Shown here piece by piece: positions 20,790 through 30,381 of a stretch of DNA of 64,000 nt. The notes below the pieces were generated by a model, which saw only the letters and a program-made list of their open reading frames with translations, was not told the DNA's origin and did not search any database. Both the position numbers and the translations under genes were made by a program. This DNA comes from Alphaproteobacteria bacterium (GTDB taxonomy: Bacteria > Pseudomonadota > Alphaproteobacteria > SP197), in NCBI GenBank assembly GCA_965228895.1, contig OZ245842.1, positions 2,560,001-2,624,000 of the forward strand, in the 5' to 3' direction. Numbering within the stretch: position 1 is the stretch's first letter; each line of letters starts with the position of its first letter.

Positions 20790-22164
20790 TGAACCCTCGT
20801 CGTGAAAGCTCAGCACTCAAGGCAGCTTTTTCAGCATCTGACATGTTGGTGGTATCGATGTTCGCCAAATCCTGGTTGGACATGCCCACAAACCGGCTGG
20901 TATCCACCTCTTCTTCCTGCTCAAAACGAATGCGGCTGCGGACGACGTTACCCGGCGCGGCCCCCGCATTCAGCGCCAACTGCGTATAGAACTGCTCGCG
21001 CTGTTGTTGCTGGATAAGGTGCTGTTGGAAGAACTGCCCGGCAGAGTCCACCAGATCCTGCCTTAGATCCGTGGCCAGTATCTCACCCGTATCCAGGCGC
21101 TGCATCGCCGTGATGATTTGGTCCGGGAGTCCCATCGCACGAGCAGCTGTAGCGAACTCGCCCTCCCTGACGACTGACTGTGGATCGAGGGTTTTGAAGT
21201 AGGCGAACACAAGCGCGATATCGGACGCGCCAGTGTCGTCGTCGGCAAGGTTCTGCATGGCGATAAACTGCGTTTGAACCTCGTCGAAATTCTCACTTTC
21301 CTTCGTAAAGTCGCGCCGCAGATCCTGCTCTATCTTGAGCGTGTCTGTGGACGACGGGATGGGCGACTCAACAGCAGCCGCCGTGAGTTCTGGCGGTACA
21401 TCCAAGGACTCGCCCAACTGTTGAAGCTGGCCCAGCGCCTGTTGCCCGGCGTCCGAATCTAGGAAGTTCGGGTTGGACGATGTGGACGCCTGCACCCTCC
21501 CAAGCAGGGTGTCGTATTCCTGAAACTCTTGTGAGCGCAGTGTTGCGTTCAGGGTTTCTACTGAAATGGCAAGCCTGGCATCATCCCTGGCGTCCGCCAC
21601 CGGATCGGGGCCACCAGCCATAACAAGAAGCGTGCGGCCATCAACGGGAACGCCGTTGTTTCTGAGAGCTTGAACCTTCTTTTCGAAATCGGTGGGCTCA
21701 GCGGCGATGCCCGCAATGACATCAGCCCTTTCCTGCTCAACGCCGGAAGCCACTAGAGCGTCACTGGTGGCTGTCATGGTTGCTACGTCAGCCGTCGCCT
21801 CAACACGAGCGGCATCAACGGGTGTCGCGAAGCTTGTAAGAGTCTGCTCTGTTATTCCCGGCGGCAGCCCGAGGGCAGGCTCAAGGGTTTTCATCTGCGT
21901 CACGATGGCCTTGATGGTGCGCTCGTTCTGCCTGAGTGTCGTTTCGCCGTCGGACAGGGAGTTATCAAAGATGCCCTGGAGGGCCGCGTTGAGTTGGTCG
22001 TAAGCGCCCTGAGCCTGTTCCCGAATAGCGGCGGCTTCTTGTCCTGCCACTTGTCTCTCTGCAAGAGCAAGTCTGGACTCGTCCAGGTTGAGAGCCGTGC
22101 GGGCCTGCTGGCCTCGCGTGAACCCGCCAAGGGTTAAACCAACATTGCTACCACCAAATGCCAT
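20776..22164 (-). CDS. Internal virion / DNA ejection protein
   Basis: Helical; DIALVFAYFKTLDPQSVVREGEF motif; synteny. Confidence 0.7.
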   Translation of the reverse strand: MAFGGSNVGLTLGGFTRGQQARTALNLDESRLALAERQVAGQEAAAIREQAQGAYDQLNAALQGIFDNSLSDGETTLRQNERTIKAIVTQMKTLEPALGLPPGITEQTLTSFATPVDAARVEATADVATMTATSDALVASGVEQERADVIAGIAAEPTDFEKKVQALRNNGVPVDGRTLLVMAGGPDPVADARDDARLAISVETLNATLRSQEFQEYDTLLGRVQASTSSNPNFLDSDAGQQALGQLQQLGESLDVPPELTAAAVESPIPSSTDTLKIEQDLRRDFTKESENFDEVQTQFIAMQNLADDDTGASDIALVFAYFKTLDPQSVVREGEFATAARAMGLPDQIITAMQRLDTGEILATDLRQDLVDSAGQFFQQHLIQQQQREQFYTQLALNAGAAPGNVVRSRIRFEQEEEVDTSRFVGMSNQDLANIDTTNMSDAEKAALSAELSRRGFNVVP

Positions 22165-22167
22165 GAC

Positions 22168-22929
22168 TTATCTCCCGCCGCTACCGGACGGACTCAACAA
22201 GCCGTCGATGAATGTGTCGATGCTATCGGCCGCGCCTGCCAAGCTGTCGTTGAGATTGAAGCCGAGAAACTCACCAAGGCCCGATGCATTGGCCGCAGCA
22301 AGTTGGGCTTGCGTTTGGGCGGCTGAGGTCATGGCCGACTGAACGCCGGACAACACACTGGCTGTCGTGCCGAGTTCGAAGTTGCCTTGATCAAGCTCAA
22401 TTGTCGCCGCCCGAAGCGCCTGGTTGGTTCTCGTATCGATGAGTCGGGCTGTTAAATCGAGCTCCTCCAGGAGACTCTGCGCGCGGGCCATCGCTTCCTG
22501 CTCGGCGAACTCCCGCTCGGCACGGATGATTGTGTCCTGGGCAAACGATGAACCGAGTAAAGAACGGCGTTGAAGATTGGAGCGGAGGTTGGAAACACCT
22601 CTCCCGCGCGCCCTATCCACCGCCGCAACGCGGGCGTCCGTCAACTCCCCAAATCCGGGACGCACACGGCCAATCAAATCATCAAAGCCGGAAACCGCTC
22701 CCTCACCGACACTGCGTATCTCATCTAGAAGGTTCTGTGTCAGATTCGAGCGGGCAAAGATGGGCCCGGAGTTATCGAGAACAATCCTGCCGGACGGCGC
22801 GGATATCTGGCCGCCCGTCGCAAAGCTCGGGCCGATGTTCGGACCACCGCCGCCACTGGGAGCCAAAAGGCGGTTGGCACCGGCGCTGATAAGCGCGCCC
22901 GCACCAGCAACGGCTAGACTAGTTGGCAT
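22168..22929 (-). CDS. Pilot/ejection protein (P22 gp7-like position)
   Basis: Gly/Ala-rich N-terminus (AVAGAGALISAGA), NLQRRSLLGSS segment. Confidence 0.65.
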   Translation of the reverse strand: MPTSLAVAGAGALISAGANRLLAPSGGGGPNIGPSFATGGQISAPSGRIVLDNSGPIFARSNLTQNLLDEIRSVGEGAVSGFDDLIGRVRPGFGELTDARVAAVDRARGRGVSNLRSNLQRRSLLGSSFAQDTIIRAEREFAEQEAMARAQSLLEELDLTARLIDTRTNQALRAATIELDQGNFELGTTASVLSGVQSAMTSAAQTQAQLAAANASGLGEFLGFNLNDSLAGAADSIDTFIDGLLSPSGSGGR

Positions 22930-23683
22930 TGTTCAGTTCCTTGGTTTCGAACAGCACTGCCGGGCCGTTCGGATAGAGGCCGTGCAGGTGTCCAACCTTG
23001 CGAAGAATGCCGTGACGGCAGATCATCTCAAAGAAACCCTTATCCTTCATCTGCGCGAAATCCATCACATGGAACTCGCGGCGCATGGTGTCGAAGAACT
23101 GCACGGCGCCCTCGATACGGTTCCGGTTGGTGGCCCACGGATACCAGATCATCTCCCCCACCTGAACCACACGGCCCCTCACCCAGCCCACAATAAGGCC
23201 AACAGGCTCCCGTACATTCCGGCTACTCACGCTCTCGACAGTCCACGTCCCCACAGTCGAGATGCTAGGCTCCAAAGAGGCGTTCAGTTGAAAGACGCCG
23301 TAGTTGGCGTGTGCCCACCACGCAAAGGCCAACTTGAACATCTCGGGGTCATGATCTTCCTCAAACACCACATCGACGTCTTTGAAAGCGCCCATCTTGT
23401 AGGCGGCAAACGCAAAACTCCTGTCCCCCGGCAGCATGTGACGGACTTCCGGGCTCCTTGCGAGCGTACGCTTAAGTTTGAGAGGTGGCTTATTGTGTTT
23501 CTCAGGCTGCTTGGCTGAAGCTGAGGAAGACTTCGTTGATTTCGAAGTCCGTTTTCCCCTCGACCGTGAGCCGGAGCTGGACTTGGTTGGCTTGGCCTTC
23601 TGCGTGGAACTTTCGCCGTGTGAATCGTTGACTGAACGCGGTGCCGTAGGTGTCTGTTCCGCCGTAGACGTTTGAGCCTCCAT
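22919..23683 (-). CDS. Virion assembly protein, possibly GNAT-like (P22 gp14 position); true start uncertain
   Basis: Synteny between nozzle and ejection genes; 5' part overlaps upstream gene. Confidence 0.5.
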   Translation of the reverse strand: MEAQTSTAEQTPTAPRSVNDSHGESSTQKAKPTKSSSGSRSRGKRTSKSTKSSSASAKQPEKHNKPPLKLKRTLARSPEVRHMLPGDRSFAFAAYKMGAFKDVDVVFEEDHDPEMFKLAFAWWAHANYGVFQLNASLEPSISTVGTWTVESVSSRNVREPVGLIVGWVRGRVVQVGEMIWYPWATNRNRIEGAVQFFDTMRREFHVMDFAQMKDKGFFEMICRHGILRKVGHLHGLYPNGPAVLFETKELNNAN

Positions 23684-25109
23684 AAACCGTTGCTCCTGTT
23701 ACCGCAGGTAATGAGATTGTCTTGGTTTCGTTGAACACAGATTCACCGGAATATTCGAAGCCCATCGTTACCGTCGCGGCCTCGTTTTTCCGGTAGGACA
23801 AATACCCCTCGACATTGAACGCCTCTGCACCTAACGGGAGGTTGATGAGGGCCGATAGACGGCTTGTGGTTATGTCCGCAGACCCCGCGTCACCACTCCC
23901 CGAACCCTCCATGCGATAGAGGTTGCCGGAGCTGTCTCCGAAAAAGACGTACTCAAGCCCGTCGTTAGGATCTAACGCGGACCACATGGCTGTAGGATTG
24001 AAGGACGAGGCGTGTTGTGTCGTCCAGCGCATCCACGGTGAAAACTGTTTCTCCTCGAAGATGGGCTTGTTCAACACCCATAATTGAGATTGCGTGTCGG
24101 GATAGCAGTAAACCCGCTGGAACCGGCTGTTGTAGACAATGGCCCAGTCTTTGAAATTCTCGATTTTGTCGGCAATGGGAACCGAAGGATCGGTGTTCTC
24201 GATGTCACCAAATTTATCTGTCGCAACAAGGGACTCGATAACGCCCTGCCGCCCGTAGAGAACGTCGTTGCCTACATACACAAGTGCTTCGTCCCCCGAA
24301 CCCGGAGCGCCCGCATAAAGCTCGTCAATCTCGTAGTCGTTCGAGTCAGAACCAATGAGCGAGTAGATATTGCCGTCCCTCGACAAGAAGATGAGTCTGC
24401 CAAACGCCCTCGTGAGTCCCTTGATGGGTTTCAAGTCATCGGGCGTCAGAAAGAATGGGTCCGCCGCGCCCAACGCCGAAGAGGGGCGATCCGAAACCGA
24501 GAGGTTATCGTGGTTTTCCAACTCCGAGCCCACCAGGAGCTGGGGTGTGGCGGTAGCGTTCGATTCGACGTTCGCATAAAAGGCTCTGTTCTCCGCCACC
24601 GCCGCATATCGCGCCTTGAAGTCTCCTGTCAGGTTGTGAGTCATGTCGGAGAGGGTTGTGCCGTCCCACTCCTTCACCGATTCCGCCAGAGCGATGTCCG
24701 TTATCAAAACCAAGTCATCCAGAGACCAGTTTTGAGACAACGGCCCCCTCAGTCTCGCAGACGAACTTACTGTGCCCTTGGAAGAACCGAACGAAGTTCC
24801 GTCGAACGCATAAACCGTGTCGTCCGCCTGGACGAGCATGGAGATATCGCCATTCCGCTTCTGGAGATTGGCGAACCCGTTAATACGTCCTGCATTTGGA
24901 GCGGTGTCGATTAAGTCGAACGGCTTCCTGTTGCGGAAGTTGCCGTTGCGGAAATCCAGTTGAAAGTTCTCCCCGTCAACACACTCTCTGCCGTCAACGT
25001 CCTCTTCGGAGGCACGGGAGTTGATACCGCCTCCAAACTTGATTGTGACATCGCCGTCCCTGACTTGGCTAACGCGGCCAAGAGCGCCGCCCGAGATTAG
25101 CTCCACCAT
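23502..25109 (-). CDS. Tail nozzle / packaged-DNA stabilisation protein (P22 gp10 / T7 gp12-like)
   Basis: FGGGIN start, beta-rich 535 aa, follows adaptor. Confidence 0.75.
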   Translation of the reverse strand: MVELISGGALGRVSQVRDGDVTIKFGGGINSRASEEDVDGRECVDGENFQLDFRNGNFRNRKPFDLIDTAPNAGRINGFANLQKRNGDISMLVQADDTVYAFDGTSFGSSKGTVSSSARLRGPLSQNWSLDDLVLITDIALAESVKEWDGTTLSDMTHNLTGDFKARYAAVAENRAFYANVESNATATPQLLVGSELENHDNLSVSDRPSSALGAADPFFLTPDDLKPIKGLTRAFGRLIFLSRDGNIYSLIGSDSNDYEIDELYAGAPGSGDEALVYVGNDVLYGRQGVIESLVATDKFGDIENTDPSVPIADKIENFKDWAIVYNSRFQRVYCYPDTQSQLWVLNKPIFEEKQFSPWMRWTTQHASSFNPTAMWSALDPNDGLEYVFFGDSSGNLYRMEGSGSGDAGSADITTSRLSALINLPLGAEAFNVEGYLSYRKNEAATVTMGFEYSGESVFNETKTISLPAVTGATVYGGSNVYGGTDTYGTAFSQRFTRRKFHAEGQANQVQLRLTVEGKTDFEINEVFLSFSQAA

Positions 25110-25762
25110 GTGTCACGCTGGGCTCCGGTGCGCGCGTAGTTGGCAGCGCGTGCTGTTGCATTATCGAACTGTTCAGTAGAGAAGTTCTTCCTGTTGATTT
25201 CCTTCCACTTCTCGGCAACGCCCGGCTCCAAAGCCCTCGCGACAACATCGGCAAATGGCATGGTATCGTCAAACGCTGCCAAAACTGTATCCTTCTGGTA
25301 GCGGTATTTGTAGACGAGGCCGTTCTCATCCGAAGTCGGAATTGTGTCGAGATAGAGTTGCCCGTCTGTGGGGCGGATTGTTCCGAAAGAGGGAAGCCCC
25401 GTGTGATTGGCGGGGAAGTTCTGGACCGCCACTAGATGCTCATAGCCCGGGCCGTATTCGAAGATGTATCTGCCGTTCGCCTCGTCCAGAAGCGGCCACA
25501 GTAGTTTTGTCAGGTCCGACGCCAACGCATAGTCTCTGTCGCTTGTCACAAGCGTAACCGTGCCTTCCGCCATCGCGTTGGGGCGCGGTTTACCTATGCG
25601 GCGGAAGAACTCGTCAATGGTGTCGTTCCACGCGTCTACAGCTGTATCAATAAAGTGCTGGCGCGCGGAGTCGGTGAGTGACGCTAGTTCCCCGTCATCA
25701 CCCGCTACAAGGCCGACTCTTTTCAGGACGCCGTTAACGCCCTGCAACAGTGTCGTCGCCAT
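25097..25762 (-). CDS. Head-tail adaptor (tail tubular protein A-like)
   Basis: TLLQGVNGVLKRVG start, DYALASD, LYLDTIP motifs; synteny. Confidence 0.75.
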   Translation of the reverse strand: MATTLLQGVNGVLKRVGLVAGDDGELASLTDSARQHFIDTAVDAWNDTIDEFFRRIGKPRPNAMAEGTVTLVTSDRDYALASDLTKLLWPLLDEANGRYIFEYGPGYEHLVAVQNFPANHTGLPSFGTIRPTDGQLYLDTIPTSDENGLVYKYRYQKDTVLAAFDDTMPFADVVARALEPGVAEKWKEINRKNFSTEQFDNATARAANYARTGAQRDTWWS

Positions 25763-26304
25763 TAGATGGTATCGGCCACGATGGTGGGGCCGGGCACGAA
25801 CGAGGAGGTGCGTTTCTCCATGTCGTCCGCCTCCAGAAGAGCGATAAGCTCTGTGCGTTTCGTCTTAACTGTCTGCTTCAGGCCCCGTGTCTTCACAAGC
25901 TTACGAAGCTGGGGCATCTTCATCGCTTCGTAGCCGGGGGCCTCGGGGGCTTCCACGACCTCTGTCGGCAGCTTGCCGGGAGGTTTGCCCTCTAGCATAG
26001 CCACCAAGTCTTCGCGTGTGGTTTCGGGGCCCTGTGGGAATCCAAGCTTGCTCGCCTCTGCCCTCAATTCGGGCATGGACATAACCTCGTAACCAGACTT
26101 CTCAGGCACGGGCTCAGCACCGCTGAACCCTCGCTCGCGAATGAGCTTCATCATCGTCTGCGCCGGGGCATCCCTTTCGTAGGGGATGTTGTAATGATCG
26201 GCGAAGCGGTAGAGCTCGCGCCGTCTCATTTTCCCAAGGGGAGTCCGGGGGTCTTCGATGTTCTGAAGCGTCATAGAGGCGCTTGAGGTGACTTGGTTCA
26301 GCAT
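25762..26304 (-). CDS. Protein with three HeH/SAP/Rho-N-like helical repeats
   Basis: KMRRRELYRFADHYNI, VMSMPELRAEASKLGF, AMKMPQLRKLVKTRGL. Confidence 0.7.
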   Translation of the reverse strand: MLNQVTSSASMTLQNIEDPRTPLGKMRRRELYRFADHYNIPYERDAPAQTMMKLIRERGFSGAEPVPEKSGYEVMSMPELRAEASKLGFPQGPETTREDLVAMLEGKPPGKLPTEVVEAPEAPGYEAMKMPQLRKLVKTRGLKQTVKTKRTELIALLEADDMEKRTSSFVPGPTIVADTI

Positions 26305-26313
26305 GACTTCTCC

Positions 26314-26344
26314 AAAAAGAAAGGGCGGCTCCGAAGAACCGCCC
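26314..26344 (-). terminator. Rho-independent terminator after major capsid gene
   Basis: Minus strand GGGCGGTTC-TTCG-GAGCCGCCC then TTTCTTTTT. Confidence 0.85.
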
Positions 26345-26369
26345 CCTCAGTTGAACCGCGTCGGGAGGA

Positions 26370-27452
26370 TTACGCGGTGATGTCAGTGGCACCAACCTTG
26401 AGAGCGCGCGCCCAATTTGCATTGAGAATCGCGCCCGCGTGCCACGCTTTCCAGGCCATCGTCTCGATCTCGTCGTAGGGATCGGACGTACCACCGGAGC
26501 CCCGCATGTGATGGATGATGTCCACCACCGGCAGAGGATCACCGGCCATGTAAGCGCCAACGGTATGCTGCTGACCGAGGCCAACCGAACCGACCGCATC
26601 CATGCCGTAAATCGAGATGGTGTAGAGATCGATGTTGGTTGAGCCACGCAAACCAGTCGAACCCGTGGTGCCACCGGCACCGGCGTCCGTGGAAGCGTCC
26701 TCAGTCTGAAGGAACCGCAGCGCCTGACCCGCAAGCGAGTAGGTGCCAAACTCTCCCAGGCCCGTTTCCACCTGACCGGCGTACTTCTCAACGGAAGTGA
26801 AACCAGTCAGACCGGCCACGTCAGCCGCGACATGCGGATGACAAATGGCCCAGTAGGCGGGCAGGATCGGAGACGTTCCGATGTTCTGCGAGCCCGTGGT
26901 AAGGGGCGTGAAAGTCATCGCCGAATTGGTGTTCAGCGTCAGAATGACTTCCTTCAAGGCGTTGGCGGTGACAGCCGAAACGATAGCGCCGTCCGACGCA
27001 ACCGAGCCGACACGAACCACCGTGGCATTGTCCTCGATGACGTTACGCTGAAGCTGGTTCAGCGAACGGCCCGCAGAAATACCCAGCGTCTCGAAAAGCT
27101 TGTCCGACTGGCCGTTGAAGTTGAAGATGTCCACTTCCTCGTTGAGGATATAGAACTGTCCGTACTTCGCGAGCGTGGCCGTCACGTCGGTGAATGACGC
27201 AGCCGAAGAATCCCGGCCCTGCATGTAACTTGCAGCACCAGTCAACTCGGCAAGGGCCGTGGTTGTCGGAGTCAGGTTTTCGATACGCCGCCACTTGATG
27301 GTGGATGTACCGCCGTTCCGGGCGATAGATCCCGGCTGCGTGCCCATGAAGTAAGGGCAACGAGCCTTGGCGTTACGCAAAAGCGTCTGTTGAAAAATGA
27401 CGTTTACCGGCTTTTGCAGTTCGGTATCCGTCGCGGAAATAGTGAGTGCCAT
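26370..27452 (-). CDS. Major capsid protein (N4-gp56-like family)
   Basis: IKWRR..L....AL.E, DVTATLAKYG, AICHPHVAADV, SDPYDE...AWKAWHAGAILN. Confidence 0.88.
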   Translation of the reverse strand: MALTISATDTELQKPVNVIFQQTLLRNAKARCPYFMGTQPGSIARNGGTSTIKWRRIENLTPTTTALAELTGAASYMQGRDSSAASFTDVTATLAKYGQFYILNEEVDIFNFNGQSDKLFETLGISAGRSLNQLQRNVIEDNATVVRVGSVASDGAIVSAVTANALKEVILTLNTNSAMTFTPLTTGSQNIGTSPILPAYWAICHPHVAADVAGLTGFTSVEKYAGQVETGLGEFGTYSLAGQALRFLQTEDASTDAGAGGTTGSTGLRGSTNIDLYTISIYGMDAVGSVGLGQQHTVGAYMAGDPLPVVDIIHHMRGSGGTSDPYDEIETMAWKAWHAGAILNANWARALKVGATDITA

Positions 27453-27477
27453 GGGCTACCTCGTAGTCGATGGCCTC

Positions 27478-28074
27478 CTAGAACCCTCCGTGCTTGAGTT
27501 TCCAATCGCGCAACTCTCTATCCGTCGCGTTCATGGCCCAGTCGTCGAAGTCCTTGTCTTTACCTGCGGAGGCCGGGGTTTGTGACGCCCGGACAGCAGA
27601 GGTAATGGCGTTCACGTCGGCAGTAGCCGCTTCGTCGGTGGGCTTGAGATCCTTGACGATATCCCTTGCCACCTTCGTTACGACTTTCTTGAAGCCGTCG
27701 GGATCCCGATAGCGCATCGCAAACGCGGTCCTGAAGGATTCGCTCTCACGAGCGTGAGCCTCCAAGGCAGCGCGGCGAATGCTTGTCGGGATGGGGACGG
27801 GGAGATCGTCGAAAACCTCGGAGGCCATATCGACAACCTCCGTAATGGCCTTCTCAACCGCCTCGTCCGCCCTACGTTGCTTCTCTTCCTTTGTGAACTT
27901 CGCCCACTCCTTAACGTCGTCCATCGTAACTTTGATGTCTTCGTCAGGAGCCCCTTTGTCCGGAGTTGAATCGTCGAATTGTTTCAAGAACTTTTCGACG
28001 TCCTGTGCGTCGTCAACCTCCGCGCCAGGCGCTGCCTGGGCATCAGTCTTATCGACCACGGCTTGCTCTACCAT
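27478..28074 (-). CDS. Capsid scaffolding protein
   Basis: Acidic helical protein immediately upstream of capsid gene. Confidence 0.7.
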   Translation of the reverse strand: MVEQAVVDKTDAQAAPGAEVDDAQDVEKFLKQFDDSTPDKGAPDEDIKVTMDDVKEWAKFTKEEKQRRADEAVEKAITEVVDMASEVFDDLPVPIPTSIRRAALEAHARESESFRTAFAMRYRDPDGFKKVVTKVARDIVKDLKPTDEAATADVNAITSAVRASQTPASAGKDKDFDDWAMNATDRELRDWKLKHGGF

Positions 28075-28308
28075 TTACTCTTCCTCTGGGTTGATGAACA
28101 ACAGGGCCTTCCACCTCTTGTGCTGTTCCAGTCTCCCGTTAAAGAAAATGTACTCATCGAAAACCGCTTCACGCGGCCTGTCCTGTGAGGGCGCGTACGG
28201 CTTCAACTGCGGGGCCAGTGCCGCCGATATTTCCTGCCACTCCGGACGTCCCTTGAGCTCCCGCAGGAACTCCCGGGCCTCCGGTGTTAAAGAACTGATC
28301 GATGTCAA
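28075..28308 (-). CDS. Small protein overlapping the portal 3' end
   Basis: TTG start after GGAAGGA; occupies portal-scaffold junction. Confidence 0.55.
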   Translation of the reverse strand: MTSISSLTPEAREFLRELKGRPEWQEISAALAPQLKPYAPSQDRPREAVFDEYIFFNGRLEQHKRWKALLFINPEEE

Positions 28309-30049
28309 TCCATCTTCCTTCCAAAAGGATCTGTCTCTGGATCGCTTCAATATCCATTGACGGCTGTTGGCCGAGTTGAACCTTCGACGCCTCCAGGGCC
28401 ACGGCCTGCTGCAGGGCCAGGAAGCGCGCTTGCATCTTTGTGGCCTGCTCTTCCGGCCCACCGGCACCGAAGACGTCCCACCTCACCAATTCGGGGAGGT
28501 GTTTCTGCTCTATCTCGACAAAACCACCGTAAGCGTCGATGTAGAAGGTACGTGTGCCCTTAAACTTGCGGCCCATCTCATATTGCATATCCATAAAGCG
28601 GGTAAGCGGGCCCTTGTTTGTCGAGCGCACGTAGTCAACCGTCCGCACAACACCTCTGTTGAGTTCTGCGTCTTTCGCAAAGGCGGTGGTGTGGGACTTG
28701 GTTTGTGCTCCCAGTCTCGGGAGGTTAACGCCTGTGACGTTGTGGTACTGGTTTATCGCCTCCAGATAGACGGAGAGCATGGTCTGCGGATCGCCGACGT
28801 CGAGAACCTGAATGTCGCCTATCGTCGGGTTCTGCGCGCCGGGGAACAGTCTGGGGCCGCCCTGAGCTTGGAAATACGGATCGTCGGATTCGTACCCGAT
28901 GGGCGGTTGGTTCTTCAGGGCAGCGGCATCCAGAAGACGATTCAGTGCATCCACCGCCGCCATCTGAAGAGGGCGGCCCTTCATTAAGGGAGAAGAAGGA
29001 TAGACGACAGCCTGATCCTCCCTGTGATACGGAAACTCCAGATAGCTTGAGAAGGGAAACTGCCTGATACGGAAGCGAACAACGGAACTTATGAGTTTCT
29101 TGTCCGACTTCCCGACCATCACCGTAACGATGGCCCCGGGAATGAAGAGTGAGCGCGATTCCCTTCTGGGAACCACCAAGTCACCCTCGTACTCAATGAG
29201 CTCAACCTGGTCGTCGTCTACATCCTTAAGCCCGGCGACCATCCAGCCACCGTTTGGATCGGACGCCTCTTTTGATCCCTTCTGAGCGGCCATAACGAGA
29301 TCGACGAACCTGATTTTTCTCCGGCTGACATCAGCGGGGCCGACAATGTGTCCTTCGTTCGCGAGGTTGTGCGCGGAGTTGTCGAGGTAGGTTTCCTTGA
29401 TGGAGCGCGGGAAGAGAATGGGTATCTGCTGCTCTTCCTTCACCACACCCCTCGCGGTGTTGATGAAGACCTTTTTCGTAGCCATGCGAACACGGCCTAT
29501 ACCGACTCCGTACTTGAACGCCTCCGCGTTGATGAGGTCGATGTTCCCCCAGAAGTCGTACTGCGCCATCTGGTGGGAGCAGAAGCCCTCAGCCAGCTTG
29601 TCAGCGGCGTCCTGGGTAATCTGGGACGGAACGTCATTCTCATCGCCTGCGACAATCGAGGCGAAGTCAGCCTTTCTCAAAAACTCGTCCGTCAAAGCCG
29701 AATGCCCGACAAACCACGGCCCGGAATCCGGGGACATCATGCGCCGCGCGTCAGCCGTTAGAACCTCCAGCGTCTGGGACTGCAACGGAAGCTCCATTGC
29801 CGCCATCCACTGCTTCTTGGGATCGTTGCGACCGACTTTGCCCTCAGCATCGACAAAGCGTTTGTGAGCGTCGTCCGGCTCCATCCGGAGCTGGCGATCT
29901 ATGTCGGACCAGTGCTGCTCTCTGAGCTTTCTGTCTTCCTTCCGCTTTTCCGCCTCCGCAAGGATGTACTCGGCGATCGCGGACCAGTCGTCGGGTGTGA
30001 TTTCGCGGTCCTTGGTTTTGCCGTCCGAGACTTCGGTGACTTCCGTCAT
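28169..30049 (-). CDS. Portal protein
   Basis: 626 aa between terL and scaffold; AFKYGVGI, TGVN...LG...TA motifs, Gln-rich tail. Confidence 0.85.
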   Translation of the reverse strand: MTEVTEVSDGKTKDREITPDDWSAIAEYILAEAEKRKEDRKLREQHWSDIDRQLRMEPDDAHKRFVDAEGKVGRNDPKKQWMAAMELPLQSQTLEVLTADARRMMSPDSGPWFVGHSALTDEFLRKADFASIVAGDENDVPSQITQDAADKLAEGFCSHQMAQYDFWGNIDLINAEAFKYGVGIGRVRMATKKVFINTARGVVKEEQQIPILFPRSIKETYLDNSAHNLANEGHIVGPADVSRRKIRFVDLVMAAQKGSKEASDPNGGWMVAGLKDVDDDQVELIEYEGDLVVPRRESRSLFIPGAIVTVMVGKSDKKLISSVVRFRIRQFPFSSYLEFPYHREDQAVVYPSSPLMKGRPLQMAAVDALNRLLDAAALKNQPPIGYESDDPYFQAQGGPRLFPGAQNPTIGDIQVLDVGDPQTMLSVYLEAINQYHNVTGVNLPRLGAQTKSHTTAFAKDAELNRGVVRTVDYVRSTNKGPLTRFMDMQYEMGRKFKGTRTFYIDAYGGFVEIEQKHLPELVRWDVFGAGGPEEQATKMQARFLALQQAVALEASKVQLGQQPSMDIEAIQRQILLEGRWIDIDQFFNTGGPGVPAGAQGTSGVAGNIGGTGPAVEAVRALTGQAA

Positions 30050-30381
30050 TTCGTCACCAGCCCGGACTCAATGGCGGCACTCATCCACTCGTACGCTTTC
30101 TCCAAGGACTTTGCCGTTCTTGCTGTCTGACGTGAGCCCAAGGGCATGTGGATGTCATGCATGGCGTCGAAGATGGACTGGCCGTAGGCTGTCGCCTTGC
30201 TGTCAACATGTGTCCAATACTGAACGTAGGCGCCGTACGGGAACTCGACAGGCGCAACCTCCGGGTCCTCTCCGGGCGAGACGAAGGCTTCGGAAATTAG
30301 CAACTCACCATAGGGAGTCGTTTCGCGGTGGATCTGGTGGCCCTTGCCCTCGAACGCCTTGATGATGTCTTCTTTTTTCAT
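30046..30381 (-). CDS. Hypothetical protein
   Basis: Translationally coupled between terL and portal. Confidence 0.65.
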   Translation of the reverse strand: MKKEDIIKAFEGKGHQIHRETTPYGELLISEAFVSPGEDPEVAPVEFPYGAYVQYWTHVDSKATAYGQSIFDAMHDIHMPLGSRQTARTAKSLEKAYEWMSAAIESGLVTK

